A DNA stretch of 64,000 bases from an uncultured delta proteobacterium (GTDB taxonomy: Bacteria > Desulfobacterota > Desulfobacteria > Desulfobacterales > JAFDCJ01): assembly GCA_963769935.1 (NCBI GenBank), contig CAVYNY010000013.1:96001-160000 (forward strand). The letters run 5' to 3'. Position 1 is the first letter of the stretch. Each line of letters begins with the position of its first letter. Below are positions 40,289 to 54,100 of the stretch, piece after piece. The position numbers were made by a program, and so were the translations under genes. The notes below the pieces were generated by a model, which saw only the letters and a program-made list of their open reading frames with translations, was not told the DNA's origin and did no database searches.

Positions 40289-41512
40289 TTATTTCGTCTT
40301 AGCGGTTGTTGCACCTTTGAACTGGTATGTCCGGCGCACTTCACTGACAATTCCCCCGGGGCGAAAGACCATCATCACAACCAGGACAGCCCCGAAAATC
40401 AGCAGCCGGTATTCGGAAAAAGCCCGGAGGTATTCCGGCAGCAGAATTAGAATCATTGCACCGCAGATAACGCCGAAAATTGAGCCCATGCCGCCCAGCA
40501 CCACCACGCAAAGAATGATGATGGATTCCCAGATCGTAAAACTTGCCGGATTGATAAATGTTGTCTTGGCCGCAAATACGACCCCCGCCATTCCGGCCCA
40601 GGTGGCGCCCATGGCGAATGCCGTCAATTTGGTCTTGGTTTTGTCAATGCCCATGGCCTGGCAGGCTACCTCGTCTTCGCGCAGGGCAATCCAGGCCCGG
40701 CCGATGCGCGAGTTTTGCAGGCGGGCGACGACAAAAATCGTCATCAGCACCAAGCCAATCATCAAAAAATACAGGTACGTGGTAGCCTGGGACAGCGACA
40801 ATTCGATTCCGAATAAACCGGGACGGGGAATATTGGCAATGCCACTGGGGCCGAAGGAAAATTGATTCCAGTTCTCCAGGATCAGCCGGATAATTTCGCC
40901 AAAGCCAAGCGTGACGATGGCCAGGTAATCCCCCCTCAGGCGCAATACGGGAAAACCCAACAGGATGCCGAACGTCATACTCAATCCGGCTCCGATGGGC
41001 AGCGCCAGCCAGAATCCCAGGCCGAAATGGTAGTTTAAAAGCGCATAGCTGTATGCGCCGACGGCATAAAACGCCACATAACCCAGGTCCAGCAGACCGG
41101 CCAGCCCGACCACGATGTTCAATCCAAGACCCGTGATCACGTATATCAGAGCGGTGATCATGATATTGGTTTGATACAGTGAAAAAATAAAGGGAAAGAC
41201 CAGAACAAAAGCGCATAAGGCGATCAGTCCCGGAATGGAAAGCCGGCGATCCCGGTAAATCCGCTGGCTCCAGGAAACGCTTTCGGCTTCAGCCAGATCG
41301 GTCTTTTTCCGGCCAAGCTCCTTGCGTTTAAGCAGATAGCGCCAGACGAACGACAAGAAAAAACTTCCGATCCCGACCAGAAACATTCGTTCCCAGCGCC
41401 ACTCGATAACGTTATTAATCGTGTTGACCCGGATGACCATAATCGGGAAGGTCAAAAACATAAACCATATGGAAGCGAAAAATGATTTTTTGATTTCTGC
41501 AAGAGTGACCAA
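40289..41512 (-). CDS. livM: Branched-chain amino acid ABC permease LivM (second copy)
   Basis: GLNIVVGLAGLLDLGY, LRGDYLAIVTLGFGEI; start uncertain because the upstream codons lie in a repeat. Confidence 0.9.
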   Translation of the reverse strand: MVTLAEIKKSFFASIWFMFLTFPIMVIRVNTINNVIEWRWERMFLVGIGSFFLSFVWRYLLKRKELGRKKTDLAEAESVSWSQRIYRDRRLSIPGLIALCAFVLVFPFIFSLYQTNIMITALIYVITGLGLNIVVGLAGLLDLGYVAFYAVGAYSYALLNYHFGLGFWLALPIGAGLSMTFGILLGFPVLRLRGDYLAIVTLGFGEIIRLILENWNQFSFGPSGIANIPRPGLFGIELSLSQATTYLYFLMIGLVLMTIFVVARLQNSRIGRAWIALREDEVACQAMGIDKTKTKLTAFAMGATWAGMAGVVFAAKTTFINPASFTIWESIIILCVVVLGGMGSIFGVICGAMILILLPEYLRAFSEYRLLIFGAVLVVMMVFRPGGIVSEVRRTYQFKGATTAKTK

Positions 41513-41622
41513 TGGTCCCAAACCTAACCCGGATAAAACCGGCAAAACGAGCTAAGGTACGTTGACCCCTTTAGCTCAATAAATTCAACAAACTCAATAA
41601 ACTATACAAACTCAACGAACGC

Positions 41623-42525
41623 CTACACCTTCTGCGAATCGGAGCGCCCCAGGAGGCCGGCCGGTCTGAATATCAGGACCAACACCAGGATGACGAATGC
41701 AAAAACATCTTCATAGTCGCTGGATACAAATCCGGTGAAAAACGATTCGGACCAGCCTAAAACCAGGCTTCCCAAAACCGCCCCCGGCATGCTGCCGATC
41801 CCGCCCAGCACGGCGGCCACAAAGGCCTTGATGCCGGCAATAAATCCGATATAAAAATTGATCTGGCCGATATGCGAGGCAATCAGCACACCGCCCAGTG
41901 CCGCCGTGGCGGATCCGACGATAAATGTAAAGGATATGACCTTGTTGACGTCCACCCCCACCAGCAGCGCCATTTCCCTGTCCTGAGCGGTCGCCCGCAT
42001 CGCTTTTCCGACCCGGGTAAATTTGATCAGATAGGTCAGCAACAACATGACGATGGCGGTCGTAATGATAATTACCACCTCCGGCGTGCTGAGGAAAGCG
42101 GAATAAGGTTCGAGAATTTTAAGGTCGGGTATGAGGCTGGGAAACGGCAGGAAGTCCGAGGTCTGGGCCAGCAGCACATAGTTTTGTAAAAACAGAGACA
42201 TGCCGATGGCGCTGATTAAGGCCGACAATCGCGGTGCGTGTCGCAGCGGTTTGTAGGCGACTTTTTCCACCGTATACCCATAGGCCATGGAATAAATAAC
42301 CGCCACAATCGAGGCGATGAAAATGATCGCAATATGGTTCCATCCCATGAAGCTGAGAACCCCGACAACTATTAAGGCGGTGAAGGCGCCGATCATGTAT
42401 ATTTCGCCATGGGCAAAATTAATCAGCTCAATGATTCCGTACACCATCGTGTAGCCCAGGGCAATCAGGGCATATATGCTCCCCCGCACCAAACCGCCGA
42501 TGAAAAGTTCAATAAAATATTCCAT
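41623..42525 (-). CDS. livH: Branched-chain amino acid ABC permease LivH (second copy)
   Basis: YALIALGYTMVYGIIELINFAHGE, GKAMRATAQD. Confidence 0.93.
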   Translation of the reverse strand: MEYFIELFIGGLVRGSIYALIALGYTMVYGIIELINFAHGEIYMIGAFTALIVVGVLSFMGWNHIAIIFIASIVAVIYSMAYGYTVEKVAYKPLRHAPRLSALISAIGMSLFLQNYVLLAQTSDFLPFPSLIPDLKILEPYSAFLSTPEVVIIITTAIVMLLLTYLIKFTRVGKAMRATAQDREMALLVGVDVNKVISFTFIVGSATAALGGVLIASHIGQINFYIGFIAGIKAFVAAVLGGIGSMPGAVLGSLVLGWSESFFTGFVSSDYEDVFAFVILVLVLIFRPAGLLGRSDSQKV

Positions 42526-42872
42526 AATATTTACCGTTGCAGGGCGAATCGTTTATTAGCGCTAAAATATAATGAATCCAGGGTTAGGTGGATCCGGGCC
42601 TGGTCGTGCCTCTCGACGAAATCAGTCGGACGCAGCGCTTTAAGGCTTTTTGAGCAAGGAAGGGGGCGCCAATGCAGTTGCGGATTTGGGATTTGGGATT
42701 GCGGATTGCGGATTGATGACAAGGATCCTGGTTCGAAAACTTTATTTTAAAATTTTGTTCTAAAATCAAAAATCCGAAATCGAGGCAACTCCCCACCCGC
42801 CTTGCCCTTGTCGACACAGCCGGATATTTTCAGTCCGGACCGAGGAACATACTTTCAAGCAGTTGAATACAA

Positions 42873-42909
42873 ATCAGGGGTCAGGTCCATTAAAGGACCT
42901 GCCCCTGAT
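42873..42909 (-). terminator. Stem-loop between livK and livH
   Basis: atcaggggtcaggtcc-attaaa-ggacctgcccctgat long inverted repeat after the livK stop. Confidence 0.55.
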
Positions 42910-42926
42910 GGGTTTAAGTCAACACT

Positions 42927-44057
42927 TTATTTGACCTCGACATATACCCCGTTTTTAACCTGGTACACGGAAAAGCCGACACCCGTGGCATCGCCGCGCT
43001 CGTCAAAATGAATGGATCCGAGGGGGGTATCCACGTTTTTGGTGTGCAGGGCATTGGACAACGCAGCATAATCCGTGGAACCGGCCTGCTGGATCGCATT
43101 CAGCAACGCCAGCGCAGCCGAATAGGCATTCAGATAAAATGCACCGGGATCTTCGCCGTAGGCTTTTTTGTGGGCCTCAATGGCGGCAATCGCCATGGGG
43201 TTTTTAGATACATCTCTGGGTCCGGTGGCATATACGCCTTCGGCGTATTTTTTGGCAACTTTGATAAAGGTGTCGTCCTTGACGCCGTCATCGGAAATAA
43301 AGATGGTTTTCATGCGTTTTTTACGCATCTGGGTCACGATCTTAGAAGCTTCGGGATGATAACCGCCGAAAATGACGGCTTCGGCGCCCGAGCGTTTGAT
43401 TTTTTGAACCACGGCCGAATAATCAACCGCACCGGGTGTAATTCCCTCAAACAGCACCACTTTGGCCCGCGGATCTTGCTCCAGAAATGTTTTGGCGAAC
43501 TCCGCCAGTCCTTTGCCGTAATCACCCTTGTCATGCAGCACCGCGACCTTTTTGAGTTTGAGAACATTCAGCGCAAAGTCGACTTCAAGGCGTGCCTGGG
43601 CGTCGTCGGAGGCGATGGTACGGTAAAAATTGGGGTAGTCGCCGCTCTGGGTCAGAGCCGGATTGGTGGCGGACGGCGACATGGCAATAATGTTTGAATC
43701 TTTGTAAATACCAAGCGCAGCTTTGGTGGCGCCGCTGCAAATATGCCCCAAAACCACATCTACCTTTTCCGATATCAGCTTGGTGGCGGTGTTGGTTGCT
43801 ACCTCGGGTTTGCAGACATCGTCTTCAACCAGCAGCTCAACTTGTTTACCAAGCACTCCGCCTTTGGCATTGATATCCTTGACGACGAGCTCGGCGGCAT
43901 GAACGGTGGGAATTCCGTAGGAAGCCAGATCACCGCTGTGAGGCCCGGCAACGCCCATCTTAATCGTATCCCCGGCCAGGGCAGGGCTAAAGGTACAGAC
44001 GGCCAAAAACAGACCAACCATAGTCAGAACAACCAGTTTTCCGAAATTTCGTTTCAT
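42927..44057 (-). CDS. livK: Branched-chain amino acid ABC substrate-binding protein LivK (second copy)
   Basis: Signal peptide, INAKGGVLG, GHICSG, SATNPALT, AGGAGG RBS. Confidence 0.93.
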   Translation of the reverse strand: MKRNFGKLVVLTMVGLFLAVCTFSPALAGDTIKMGVAGPHSGDLASYGIPTVHAAELVVKDINAKGGVLGKQVELLVEDDVCKPEVATNTATKLISEKVDVVLGHICSGATKAALGIYKDSNIIAMSPSATNPALTQSGDYPNFYRTIASDDAQARLEVDFALNVLKLKKVAVLHDKGDYGKGLAEFAKTFLEQDPRAKVVLFEGITPGAVDYSAVVQKIKRSGAEAVIFGGYHPEASKIVTQMRKKRMKTIFISDDGVKDDTFIKVAKKYAEGVYATGPRDVSKNPMAIAAIEAHKKAYGEDPGAFYLNAYSAALALLNAIQQAGSTDYAALSNALHTKNVDTPLGSIHFDERGDATGVGFSVYQVKNGVYVEVK

Positions 44058-44360
44058 AATACTTTATTCCTCCTTCAAGTTGCATAATGTAGGGCAGATT
44101 CGTCCGAAAACAGATTCGTCCGAAAACATGTTTTTATAATAAAATGGAAACACTGAGTCAAGATCGAATTTCAATATTCTCAAGTTTTCCAAAGCACAAT
44201 TTACACCCGCCGAAGCGCTGTTTATCAGGGCGGCCTAATTCGCAAAAATTGCTTGCTGTTCAAACCTGATGCTTGTATGAATACACTGTTCCGGATTTAT
44301 GCCTGCCGCAGGTCGATTCGAACCTGCTGGAAATAAGATTAGAAAGATTGGACTGCTATT

Positions 44361-45215
44361 TTGCGCAAAGTCGGATTATTTGTCAAAAAAGATAAAAATG
44401 CCTGCCAGGAAGCCGATAAATTTGAAGCGTGGCTCGCCAACAAAAATATCCAGGTGCTCAGAAAGCAGAGCGCACCGCCGGACATGCATTCATCGGCCGA
44501 TAATCAGATTTCAGCACCGCCGGATCTGTTTTGCTTGTTTGTGCTGGGGGGAGACGGCACCTTTTTGAGCGCCGCTCGCTGGATCGGGGATCTGAATATT
44601 CCGGTGCTGGGAGTTAAATTCGGCGAGATCGGATTTCTGGCGGAAACCGCCGCCGAAAACCTGTTTACAGCCGCCGAAAAAATAATCAGCGGTAATTATT
44701 CCATCAGCCGCCGCATGCGCCTCAATGTGGATGTGGTACGGGAAAATAAGAAGATCGTCAGCGAATCCGTCCTCAATGATATTGTCATAAACAGGGGCGC
44801 ATTGGCCAGACTGGCCGACGTTGAAACCCACATCAACGATCACTATCTGACGACATTCAGATCCGACGGGCTCATTTTGGCGACTCCGACCGGTTCGACG
44901 GCCTATTCCCTGGCGGCCGGCGGTCCGGTCATCCATCCCGATGTTCCCGGTATCATTATCACCCCGATCTGCCCCTTCACTCTGACCAACCGGCCCTTGA
45001 TCATTCCGGATTCAATCCGGATCACACTCAAGCTCGCCCAGGGGGCGTCCGATATCATGTTGACCTTTGACGGCCAGAAAGGCCTCGATATAAGCGATCG
45101 GGATACCATTATCGTCCGCAAAGGTCCCCATCCGCTCAACATGATTACACTGCCCGGCCAGCACTATTTTGACGTGCTGAAAGCGAAGCTGAGGTGGTCG
45201 GGGGGAAGGGCTTGA
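44361..45215 (+). CDS. nadK: NAD(+) kinase
   Basis: LGGDGTFL, GFLA, LND, DGLILATPTGSTAYSLAAGGP. Confidence 0.95.
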   Translation: MRKVGLFVKKDKNACQEADKFEAWLANKNIQVLRKQSAPPDMHSSADNQISAPPDLFCLFVLGGDGTFLSAARWIGDLNIPVLGVKFGEIGFLAETAAENLFTAAEKIISGNYSISRRMRLNVDVVRENKKIVSESVLNDIVINRGALARLADVETHINDHYLTTFRSDGLILATPTGSTAYSLAAGGPVIHPDVPGIIITPICPFTLTNRPLIIPDSIRITLKLAQGASDIMLTFDGQKGLDISDRDTIIVRKGPHPLNMITLPGQHYFDVLKAKLRWSGGRA

Positions 45216-45386
45216 TAGGTGAGGTGATAGTTGATAGATTATCATAGTTGATAGGTCATAGTTGATAGGTCATAGTTGATAGTAAAATGGATCTGGCTGC
45301 AGCTTTTTTTGATTTACGGTGAATTATCTGCCAAAAACTATGCCCCATGAACTATCATCCATGCACTATCGACGATGTACCATCAT

Positions 45387-45779
45387 CTATATCCTATCGA
45401 CTGCTTTTATTTCAAATAGGTTCCCGTCGAAATCCTTGATAAAGGTCAGGGTCTTGTCTCCCTTCGGTATTTGGCTGATCTCGACGTTTAAAGTGCGACA
45501 TTTTGCGATAAAATCGGAGAGAGCATCGACTTCAAGGCATTGGTGCGAAATTTGTCTGGATTTATTATCAATCAGGCTGGTAATAAATACCTCGAAGTGG
45601 AGCTTTTCATCCATGTAGTTGATAATTTGCAGTTCGGCCTCGAGGTTGAAAATGGCTTTGGAAAGATCGGACGGTAAAGTTTTAGGCTCCGATTTACTCA
45701 AGCCTAATAGATCCTGATAGAATTTATCCGCCTTGTCTTCAGTACTGCAGGTAAGTCCCACATGTTTTAGCAGCATCAC
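45387..45779 (-). CDS. VOC / glyoxalase family protein
   Basis: LKHVGL...FYQDLLGL...HQCLEV...FIKDFDGNLFEI. Confidence 0.88.
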   Translation of the reverse strand: MMLLKHVGLTCSTEDKADKFYQDLLGLSKSEPKTLPSDLSKAIFNLEAELQIINYMDEKLHFEVFITSLIDNKSRQISHQCLEVDALSDFIAKCRTLNVEISQIPKGDKTLTFIKDFDGNLFEIKAVDRI

Positions 45780-45839
45780 GGCCTCTTAAAATGAGCCAAA
45801 ATATTTTTTCCGTATCAGAAGTACTTCCTACCAACCGAC

Positions 45840-46865
45840 TCAGGCATTCGGTTTAATAATCACCTTAATCGATTCGCGCCCATCCAGGACCAGTTGAAAC
45901 CCTTTGGAAATATCCTTTAAAGGCAGCCGGTGGGTGATCATTTCATCCACAACGATGCTTTTCGAATCGATAAGGTTTATCGATTCGACTATATCCGGCG
46001 GTCCGCAGTAATAGGAGGTAAGTATTTTGATTTCCCTGGTCCAGAATTTATTAATCGGTACGGTAACTTTTTTGTCCGGACCGGGGACTGCAAAAAAGAC
46101 GACCGCCCCCCCCTTTTCGACACACTTCCAGGCCTGTTCAACAGCCGACATGGCCGAGGTACACAAAATGACGATATCGGCTTTTCGGCCGGTTTCAGCA
46201 GCCAGTCGTTCCGCAACATTTTCAGCGGCATCAATGGCGACGTCCGCTCCCAAGCCGGAGGCAATTTGCAGCCTTTGCGGGTTGATATCGGTGGCAATAA
46301 TGCGGCATTTTCCGGCTTTGGCAAGCTGGACATGCAGCAGTCCGGACATACCGCAACCCATTACCAGCACCGTCTGATCGCCCCGCACCCCTGCCAGGCG
46401 CTGGGCTCTGACCACACAGGCCAGCGGCTCGATAAACGTACTTTCATCATAGCCGATATTGTCCGGCAGACGATAGGTACCATTTTCGACGAGTGCCGGC
46501 GGTGCGAGAACATATTCGGCAAATCCGCCGGGCAGTCGTTCCGCAATCATAGAACAAACAGGATAGTGCCCCTTTTTACAATAATCGCATTGCATACACG
46601 GCACTTTCGGTGCAATGAAAACCCGGTCTCCGGGCTTATATTTTTTTACCGATTCCCCAACGGCCGCCACCTCAGCGCCGATTTCATGCCCCTGCACCAG
46701 GGGTGCGCGGGGAAGCCGGTACCATTCAACAACATCACTGCCGCATATGCCGCACGAATTTACTTTGACCAGGATCTCATTGGGGCCGGGCGTTGGTCGT
46801 GGAACCTCTTCGATGCGAATATCTTTATTGTTGTACCAGACGGCAACTTTCATTTTGTGATCCAA
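45840..46865 (-). CDS. Zinc-dependent alcohol dehydrogenase (L-iditol-2-dehydrogenase-like MDR)
   Basis: CGICGSD, GHE, CxxCxxC-x7-C, EPLAC, GCGMSG. Confidence 0.92.
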   Translation of the reverse strand: MDHKMKVAVWYNNKDIRIEEVPRPTPGPNEILVKVNSCGICGSDVVEWYRLPRAPLVQGHEIGAEVAAVGESVKKYKPGDRVFIAPKVPCMQCDYCKKGHYPVCSMIAERLPGGFAEYVLAPPALVENGTYRLPDNIGYDESTFIEPLACVVRAQRLAGVRGDQTVLVMGCGMSGLLHVQLAKAGKCRIIATDINPQRLQIASGLGADVAIDAAENVAERLAAETGRKADIVILCTSAMSAVEQAWKCVEKGGAVVFFAVPGPDKKVTVPINKFWTREIKILTSYYCGPPDIVESINLIDSKSIVVDEMITHRLPLKDISKGFQLVLDGRESIKVIIKPNA

Positions 46866-47103
46866 TCAAGCAGGTGAAATCGTTAACAATTCAGCAATTC
46901 AGAGGATGTTTGTATTTTCCAATCAGCCTTTTTTCGGATTGTTGACTTACGTTTTCTCTTACAATATATAGAACCCAATGGTCAACCGAATTAGAATCAG
47001 CGGGGTTAAAACCGGTTCTATCATATACGAAACATCCAAAGGGTGTCGAAAGGCCGCAGAACCGCCTGCAACCTTTCTTTGCTGAAAGAAACAGGGAATT
47101 GCT

Positions 47104-48015
47104 GTGCGCATACATCGAAGTCCGGCAGAAGGGACGAAAGGGCAATTGGCCACGGCATGTCTGATAATTTTGTTTAGTTTCGCGTCTGCCGCCGCCTATG
47201 GCGCCGATCTCCTCTCACTTATCGAATTCAAGGGCCAGGGAAGCATTGATTGGACCGCAGGGGTTGTCACGGCCAGGGGCATCGGCGATCCTTCGACCTA
47301 CAGCTATCCTGCCAGGACCCAGGGAAACCAAGAACAGACTGCAACCGAAGCCATCACCAAAGCCCGTCACAACCTGCTGGAAACTATTGTCGGCATGCGG
47401 ATAAATGCCCAGGACAGGGTGATCGATATTATCGAAAATTACCCTTCCATTATGACCTCTCTGCGGGAGATGGCTTATAAAGCGCCGGAAGTCGAAAATC
47501 TAAGGACGTATCTCTACGACGGCGGGGTGGAGGCGTGGTCCCAGCTGGCATTCAACGGTGGATTTTCACAGCTCATACTCCCCCCTGATATCAGGCAAAT
47601 CGAGTCCATTAAACAGGTTTTACCGCGCCGGGATCCCGCAAATCCGCCCAACAGGAAGCGCTCAACGGATATATACACCGGAATGGTGGTCGATGCCAGG
47701 GGTATTGGGGCCGTCCCGGCAATAGCGCCCAGAATCTTGGATGAAAATCTGGAGGAAGTATTCGGACCGACATATGCCAGTCGTGAATTCGCAGTTCAGC
47801 ATGGCGTCGTGCATTATGCAACCAACATTTGGCAGGCAAAATTCGATCAGAGGGTTTCCGACAATCCCATAATAGTCAAGGCCCTTAAAACCGTCTGGCC
47901 GGGCCGCTGCGACTTTATCATCAGCAATGCCGATGCCGGCAAGCTGCGCCGAGAATCGGAGCATCTGCTGTTTCTGAGAGAGTGCCGGGTGATTATCGTC
48001 CTCGATCCGATGTGA
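47104..48015 (+). CDS. Exported hypothetical protein (LPP20-like)
   Basis: Signal-like segment, IDW..G.V.A.GIG, YTGMVVDARG, P.IAPRILDE, CRVIIV; start uncertain. Confidence 0.7.
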   Translation: MRIHRSPAEGTKGQLATACLIILFSFASAAAYGADLLSLIEFKGQGSIDWTAGVVTARGIGDPSTYSYPARTQGNQEQTATEAITKARHNLLETIVGMRINAQDRVIDIIENYPSIMTSLREMAYKAPEVENLRTYLYDGGVEAWSQLAFNGGFSQLILPPDIRQIESIKQVLPRRDPANPPNRKRSTDIYTGMVVDARGIGAVPAIAPRILDENLEEVFGPTYASREFAVQHGVVHYATNIWQAKFDQRVSDNPIIVKALKTVWPGRCDFIISNADAGKLRRESEHLLFLRECRVIIVLDPM

Positions 48016-48219
48016 ATGGCCCCGCAGACAGAGAACAGACGCGAGGTCAGAAGGTGAGAAGGTGGGAAGGTTAGAAGTTGAGAAGATATGTTTTTTTCCA
48101 TATTCCGACTCAATTTCCTTCCCCCAATTTCCATCCGTGATCTGTCTTCCGCCCACTGTCTTCTTACATCTGACTTCTGCCCTCTGTCCGCTGTCCGCTG
48201 TCCTCTGTCGTCTGGAACT

Positions 48220-49491
<1,272 letters not shown>

Positions 49492-49546
49492 CTATTTCAA
49501 ATTTATCCGCATCGAGTTAATGCACGTATACGCAAAAAGACCGGGG

Positions 49547-50743
49547 CTAGCCTTTGCAGGCGTCGGCCGGTTTTTCGCCCTTCAACCCTGCCATCTCTCT
49601 GATCATATCGGCCTTGTCTGTTTTTTCCCAAGAAAACTCGGGTTCATTGCGGCCGAAATGACCGTAAGCCGAGGTCTTGCGATATATGGGACGCAGCAGG
49701 TCAAGATATTCGATGATGGCGCGGGGTCGCAGGTCGAATACCTCTTTTACAATTTCTTCAATCCGTTGTTTGGGAACGATACCGGTGCCCATCAGATCGA
49801 CCATTATAGATACGGGTTCGGCCACACCGATGGCATAGGCGATTTGAATTTCGCATTTTTTGGCGACGCCGGCCGCGACGATATTTTTGGCGATATGGCG
49901 TCCCATGTATGAGGCGCTGCGGTCCACCTTGGATGGATCCTTGCCGGAAAAACAGCCCCCACCGTGGCTGCCCTGGCCGCCATAGGTGTCGACGATGATC
50001 TTGCGGCCGGTCAATCCGCAGTCGCCCATGGGGCCGCCGATGACAAATCTGCCGGTGGGATTGATAAAATAGCGGGTGTCACCGTCCGTCATCTCCAGCG
50101 GAATCACTTTTTTGATAACTTCCTCAATAATCGCCTCTCTCAGATCTTCATGGGTCACTTCCTCTTTGTGCTGGGCGGAAACCACCACGGCATCCACGCG
50201 TTTAGGGGTGCCGTTTTCATATTCGATGGTAACCTGGGATTTTCCGTCCGGCCGTAAAAAATCCAGGGAACCGTTTTTGCGAACCGTGGCCAGACGACGA
50301 CAGAGTTTGTGGGCATATGTGATCGGCATCGGCATCAGTTCAGGGGTCTCGGCCGAGGCAAACCCGAACATCAGCCCCTGGTCGCCGGCGCCCTGGTCCT
50401 TAAAGAGTCCTTCGCCTACATTGACGCCCTGGGCGATGTCCGGCGATTGGCGATCGATACTGGTAATGACCGAACAGGTTTGATAGTCAAACCCCATCCG
50501 CGATGAAGAATATCCGATCTCGCGAATGGTTTCCCGGACGATCTGCGGCATATGAACGTAACAGTCAGTCGTAATTTCTCCGGCAATAAACGCCAGACCG
50601 GTCGTAACCATGGTTTCGCAGGCAACCCGGCAATTTTTGTCCTGGGCCATAATGCTGTCCAGAATTGAGTCGGATATGGCATCGGCGATCTTATCCGGGT
50701 GGCCTTCGGTCACTGACTCGGATGTAAAAAAGTATCTATCCAT
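49547..50743 (-). CDS. metK: Methionine adenosyltransferase
   Basis: [49 protein letters not shown] before ATG 50743. Confidence 0.97.
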   Translation of the reverse strand: MDRYFFTSESVTEGHPDKIADAISDSILDSIMAQDKNCRVACETMVTTGLAFIAGEITTDCYVHMPQIVRETIREIGYSSSRMGFDYQTCSVITSIDRQSPDIAQGVNVGEGLFKDQGAGDQGLMFGFASAETPELMPMPITYAHKLCRRLATVRKNGSLDFLRPDGKSQVTIEYENGTPKRVDAVVVSAQHKEEVTHEDLREAIIEEVIKKVIPLEMTDGDTRYFINPTGRFVIGGPMGDCGLTGRKIIVDTYGGQGSHGGGCFSGKDPSKVDRSASYMGRHIAKNIVAAGVAKKCEIQIAYAIGVAEPVSIMVDLMGTGIVPKQRIEEIVKEVFDLRPRAIIEYLDLLRPIYRKTSAYGHFGRNEPEFSWEKTDKADMIREMAGLKGEKPADACKG

Positions 50744-51127
50744 GAATTCTCTCCTTGATCCGGTTATTTGTATTTTACTCTGCCGTTTGGATTGGGCGTT
50801 GCGCGAAATCAAGCAGAAAGATTGCTCACGCGATTGTCACAAAACAGGCGGAAATATTTAAGTTGCGACTAAAATAAATGATCATAAATCATCAAAAAAT
50901 TTCTGTCAATAAGCAGGTTGCCACTTGAATATTTAACCGATTTTTGTTTGACTTTGTTAGTATACCTGTTATTGGCTTCATATGCGCCCAAATGATTGTT
51001 GTCTGATAGATTGGAGGTGATAGGGCTGCCTTCAAATTTTTTCAGCAACAAAGCCGGCATACGTTTTGAGTTAAGAATCCATTGTCAATACTCCAGGCAA
51101 ACAAAAATCAAAAGCGAAGGAGGTATT

Positions 51128-54100
51128 ATGAAAGTAAACCGACGGGAGTTTATCCAGGTTACCGGAGCTGCGGCTGCCGGACTTGCCTTCAGCGGATTGG
51201 GATTTGACCTGCGCCCGGTCAAAGCCCATGCCCAGATGCTGAAAACCAAGTATGCCAAGGAAACCACCACCATCTGCTGCTATTGCGCGGTGGGCTGCGG
51301 TGCCATCGTACATACCAGCCAAAAAGGCGACGGCCGGGTCATCAACATCGAAGGCGATCCGGACCATGTGATCAACCGGGGCTCGCTGTGCTCGAAAGGT
51401 GCGGCCCTGACCCAGTTGGTGGAAAACAGCGAGCGCATCACCGAGCCGATGTACCGGGCGCCGTATTCAAAAGAATGGCAAAAGGTTTCCTGGAACTGGG
51501 CCTTGACGGAAATCGCCCACCGCGTCAAAGCCACGCGCGAGGCTACATTTGAGGCCAAAAACACCAAGGGGCAGCTCGTCAACCGCACCGGGGGCATCGC
51601 CTCGGTGGGCAGTGCCGCTCTGGACAACGAGGAGTGCTGGCTTTACCAGGCACTGATCCGGGCCATCGGGGTGACATATATCGAACACCAGGCTCGTATC
51701 TGACACAGCGCCACAGTTGCGGCTCTGGCAGAGTCGTTCGGACGCGGCGCGATGACCAATCACTGGATCGACATCAAAAACAGTGACTGCATTTTAATCA
51801 TGGGCAGCAATGCTGCCGAAAACCACCCTATTTCCTTCAAATATGTGGCTGCCGCCCAGCAGCGCGGCACCCAGCTGATCAATGTGGATCCCCGTTTCAC
51901 GCGCACTTCTTCCAAAGCAGACATCTACGCGCCCATTCGATCGGGGACGGATATCGCTTTTCTGGGGGGTATGATCAAGTATATCCTGGACAATGACCTC
52001 TATTTCGAGGAATACGTCGCCAATTACACCAATGCGCCTTTTATCGTCGGGCCGGCCTATGATTTTAAGGACGGTCTGTTTTCGGGCTACAATGCGCAAA
52101 CCCGCAAGTACGACCAAAGCAAATGGGCCTTTGAGATGGACGCCAACGGCGTGCCGAAAATGGATCACACCCTGCAGGACAAACGATCTGTGTTTCAGCT
52201 GCTGAAAAATCACTATGCCCGTTACACCCCCGAGCTGGTGTCTGAAATCACCGGAACGCCAAAAGAGAGTCTGTTGGTAATTTACAAGACCTATGCCGCC
52301 ACGGGTGCCAGGGGCAAGGCGGGGACCATCATGTATGCCATGGGCTGGACCCAGCACACCGTAGGGGTTCAAAACATCCGCGCCATGGCGATCATCCAGT
52401 TGCTGCTGGGCAATATGGGGGTTGCCGGCGGCGGCGTCAATGCCCTGCGCGGGGAGTCCAACGTCCAGGGCTCCACCGATCACTGCCTGCTGTGGCACAT
52501 CTGGCCCGGTTATCTGAGAACCCCCCGGGCATCCGACGTGTCACTGGCAGTCTACAATGAGAAGTCGACCCCTAAGAGCAACGACCCACTCAGTGCCAAC
52601 TGGTGGCAGAATTATCCTAAATATTCGATTAGCTTGCTCAAGTCGTTTTTCGGGGATAATGCCACCGCTGCCAACAATTTCGGCTTCAACTGGCTGCCCA
52701 AGGTGGACGACGGCCAAGATTACTCCTGGCTGACGCTGTTTGACGAAATGTACAAGGGCGCCTTCAAGGGATTCTTTGCCTGGGGCCAGAACCCGGCTTG
52801 CAGCGGCGCCAACGCCGGTAAAAACCGCAAGGCGTTTGCCAAACTGGACTGGATGGTCAATGTCAATCTCTTTGCCAATGAGACCGGCTCCTTCTGGAAA
52901 GGACCAGGGGTCGATCCGGCCGAAATCAAGACCGAGGTTTTTTTCCTGCCGGCCGCCGTGTCAGTTGAAAAAGAAGGCAGCATCACCAACAGCGGCCGCT
53001 GGAGCCAGTGGCGCTACCCGGGCCCCAAACCGCTGGGCAACAGCCTGCCGGACGGCCAGATGATCATGGAACTGGGCCACAAAATCAAAGCCGAATATAA
53101 AAAGGGCGGCACCCTGCCGGAACCAATTGTCAATCTCAAGTGGGATTATCTGACCGACGGCAAGTACGATCCCCACAAAGTCGCCAAAGAAATCAACGGC
53201 TACTTTTTAAAAGACGTCACTATCAAAGATAAAACCTACAAACAAGGCACCCTGGTGCCCAGTTTTGCCTTTCTGCAGACCGACGGCTCGACCTCGTCGG
53301 GCAACTGGCTTTATTGCAACAGCTATACCGAAAAAGGCAATATGGCGGCCCGCCGCAGCCAGAAGGATGCCCCCAACAACATCGGACTGTACCCGGAGTT
53401 TGCCTGGTGCTGGCCGGTTAACCGCCGTATCATATACAACCGCGCCTCGGTGGATCTCAAAGGGCAGCCCTGGGACAAGGAACAGCCGGTCATCCAATTC
53501 GCCGGCGATTCCGCCGACGGCAAGTATATTTCGAACAAATGGGTCGGCGATGTTCCCGACGGCGGCTGGTATCCCATGCAGAATCCCGACGGCACCATGC
53601 GCGCGGATTCCAAGTATCCGTTTATCATGCGCAAGCACGGACACGGCCAGATCTTCGGCCCGGGACGGGCCGACGGTCCTTTCCCGGAACACTACGAGCC
53701 GCTGGAATGTCCCATCGAGAAAAACCTGCTGAGCAGCCAGCGGATGAACCCGACCGCACCGGTCTATGGAACCAAGGCTGACGAATGGGCCAGCTGCGAT
53801 CCGCGATATCCCTATGTGGCGACCACCTACCGCGTGACGGAACACTGGCAGACGGGGGTCATGACGCGCTGGCAGCCCTGGCTGCTGGAAATGCAGCCCC
53901 AGGTATTCGTGGAAATGAGCGAGGAACTGGCCCTATTGAAGGGCATTAAAAAGGGTGAGCGGGTCAAAGTTTCATCCCCGCGCGGCTCCCTGATGGCAAC
54001 GGCAATTGTCACCAAACGGTTGCAGCCGTTTAAAATCGGCGGTGCCGTGGTGCACCAGGTCGGGTTGCCGTGGCATTATGGCTGGCGCATGCCGGTCAGC

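Noticed and set aside
41513..41545. N-terminal extension MPVLSGLG of livM
   Set aside because: Encoded by the repeat-end motif ccggttttatccgggttagg; probably not translated.
45242..45282. Direct repeats as a possible CRISPR array
   Set aside because: Contiguous 14-mers without spacers; no cas genes in the window.
50744..51127. SAM riboswitch or SahR-type operator upstream of metK-ahcY
   Set aside because: No recognisable SAM-riboswitch core or convincing palindrome by eye; needs an Infernal search.
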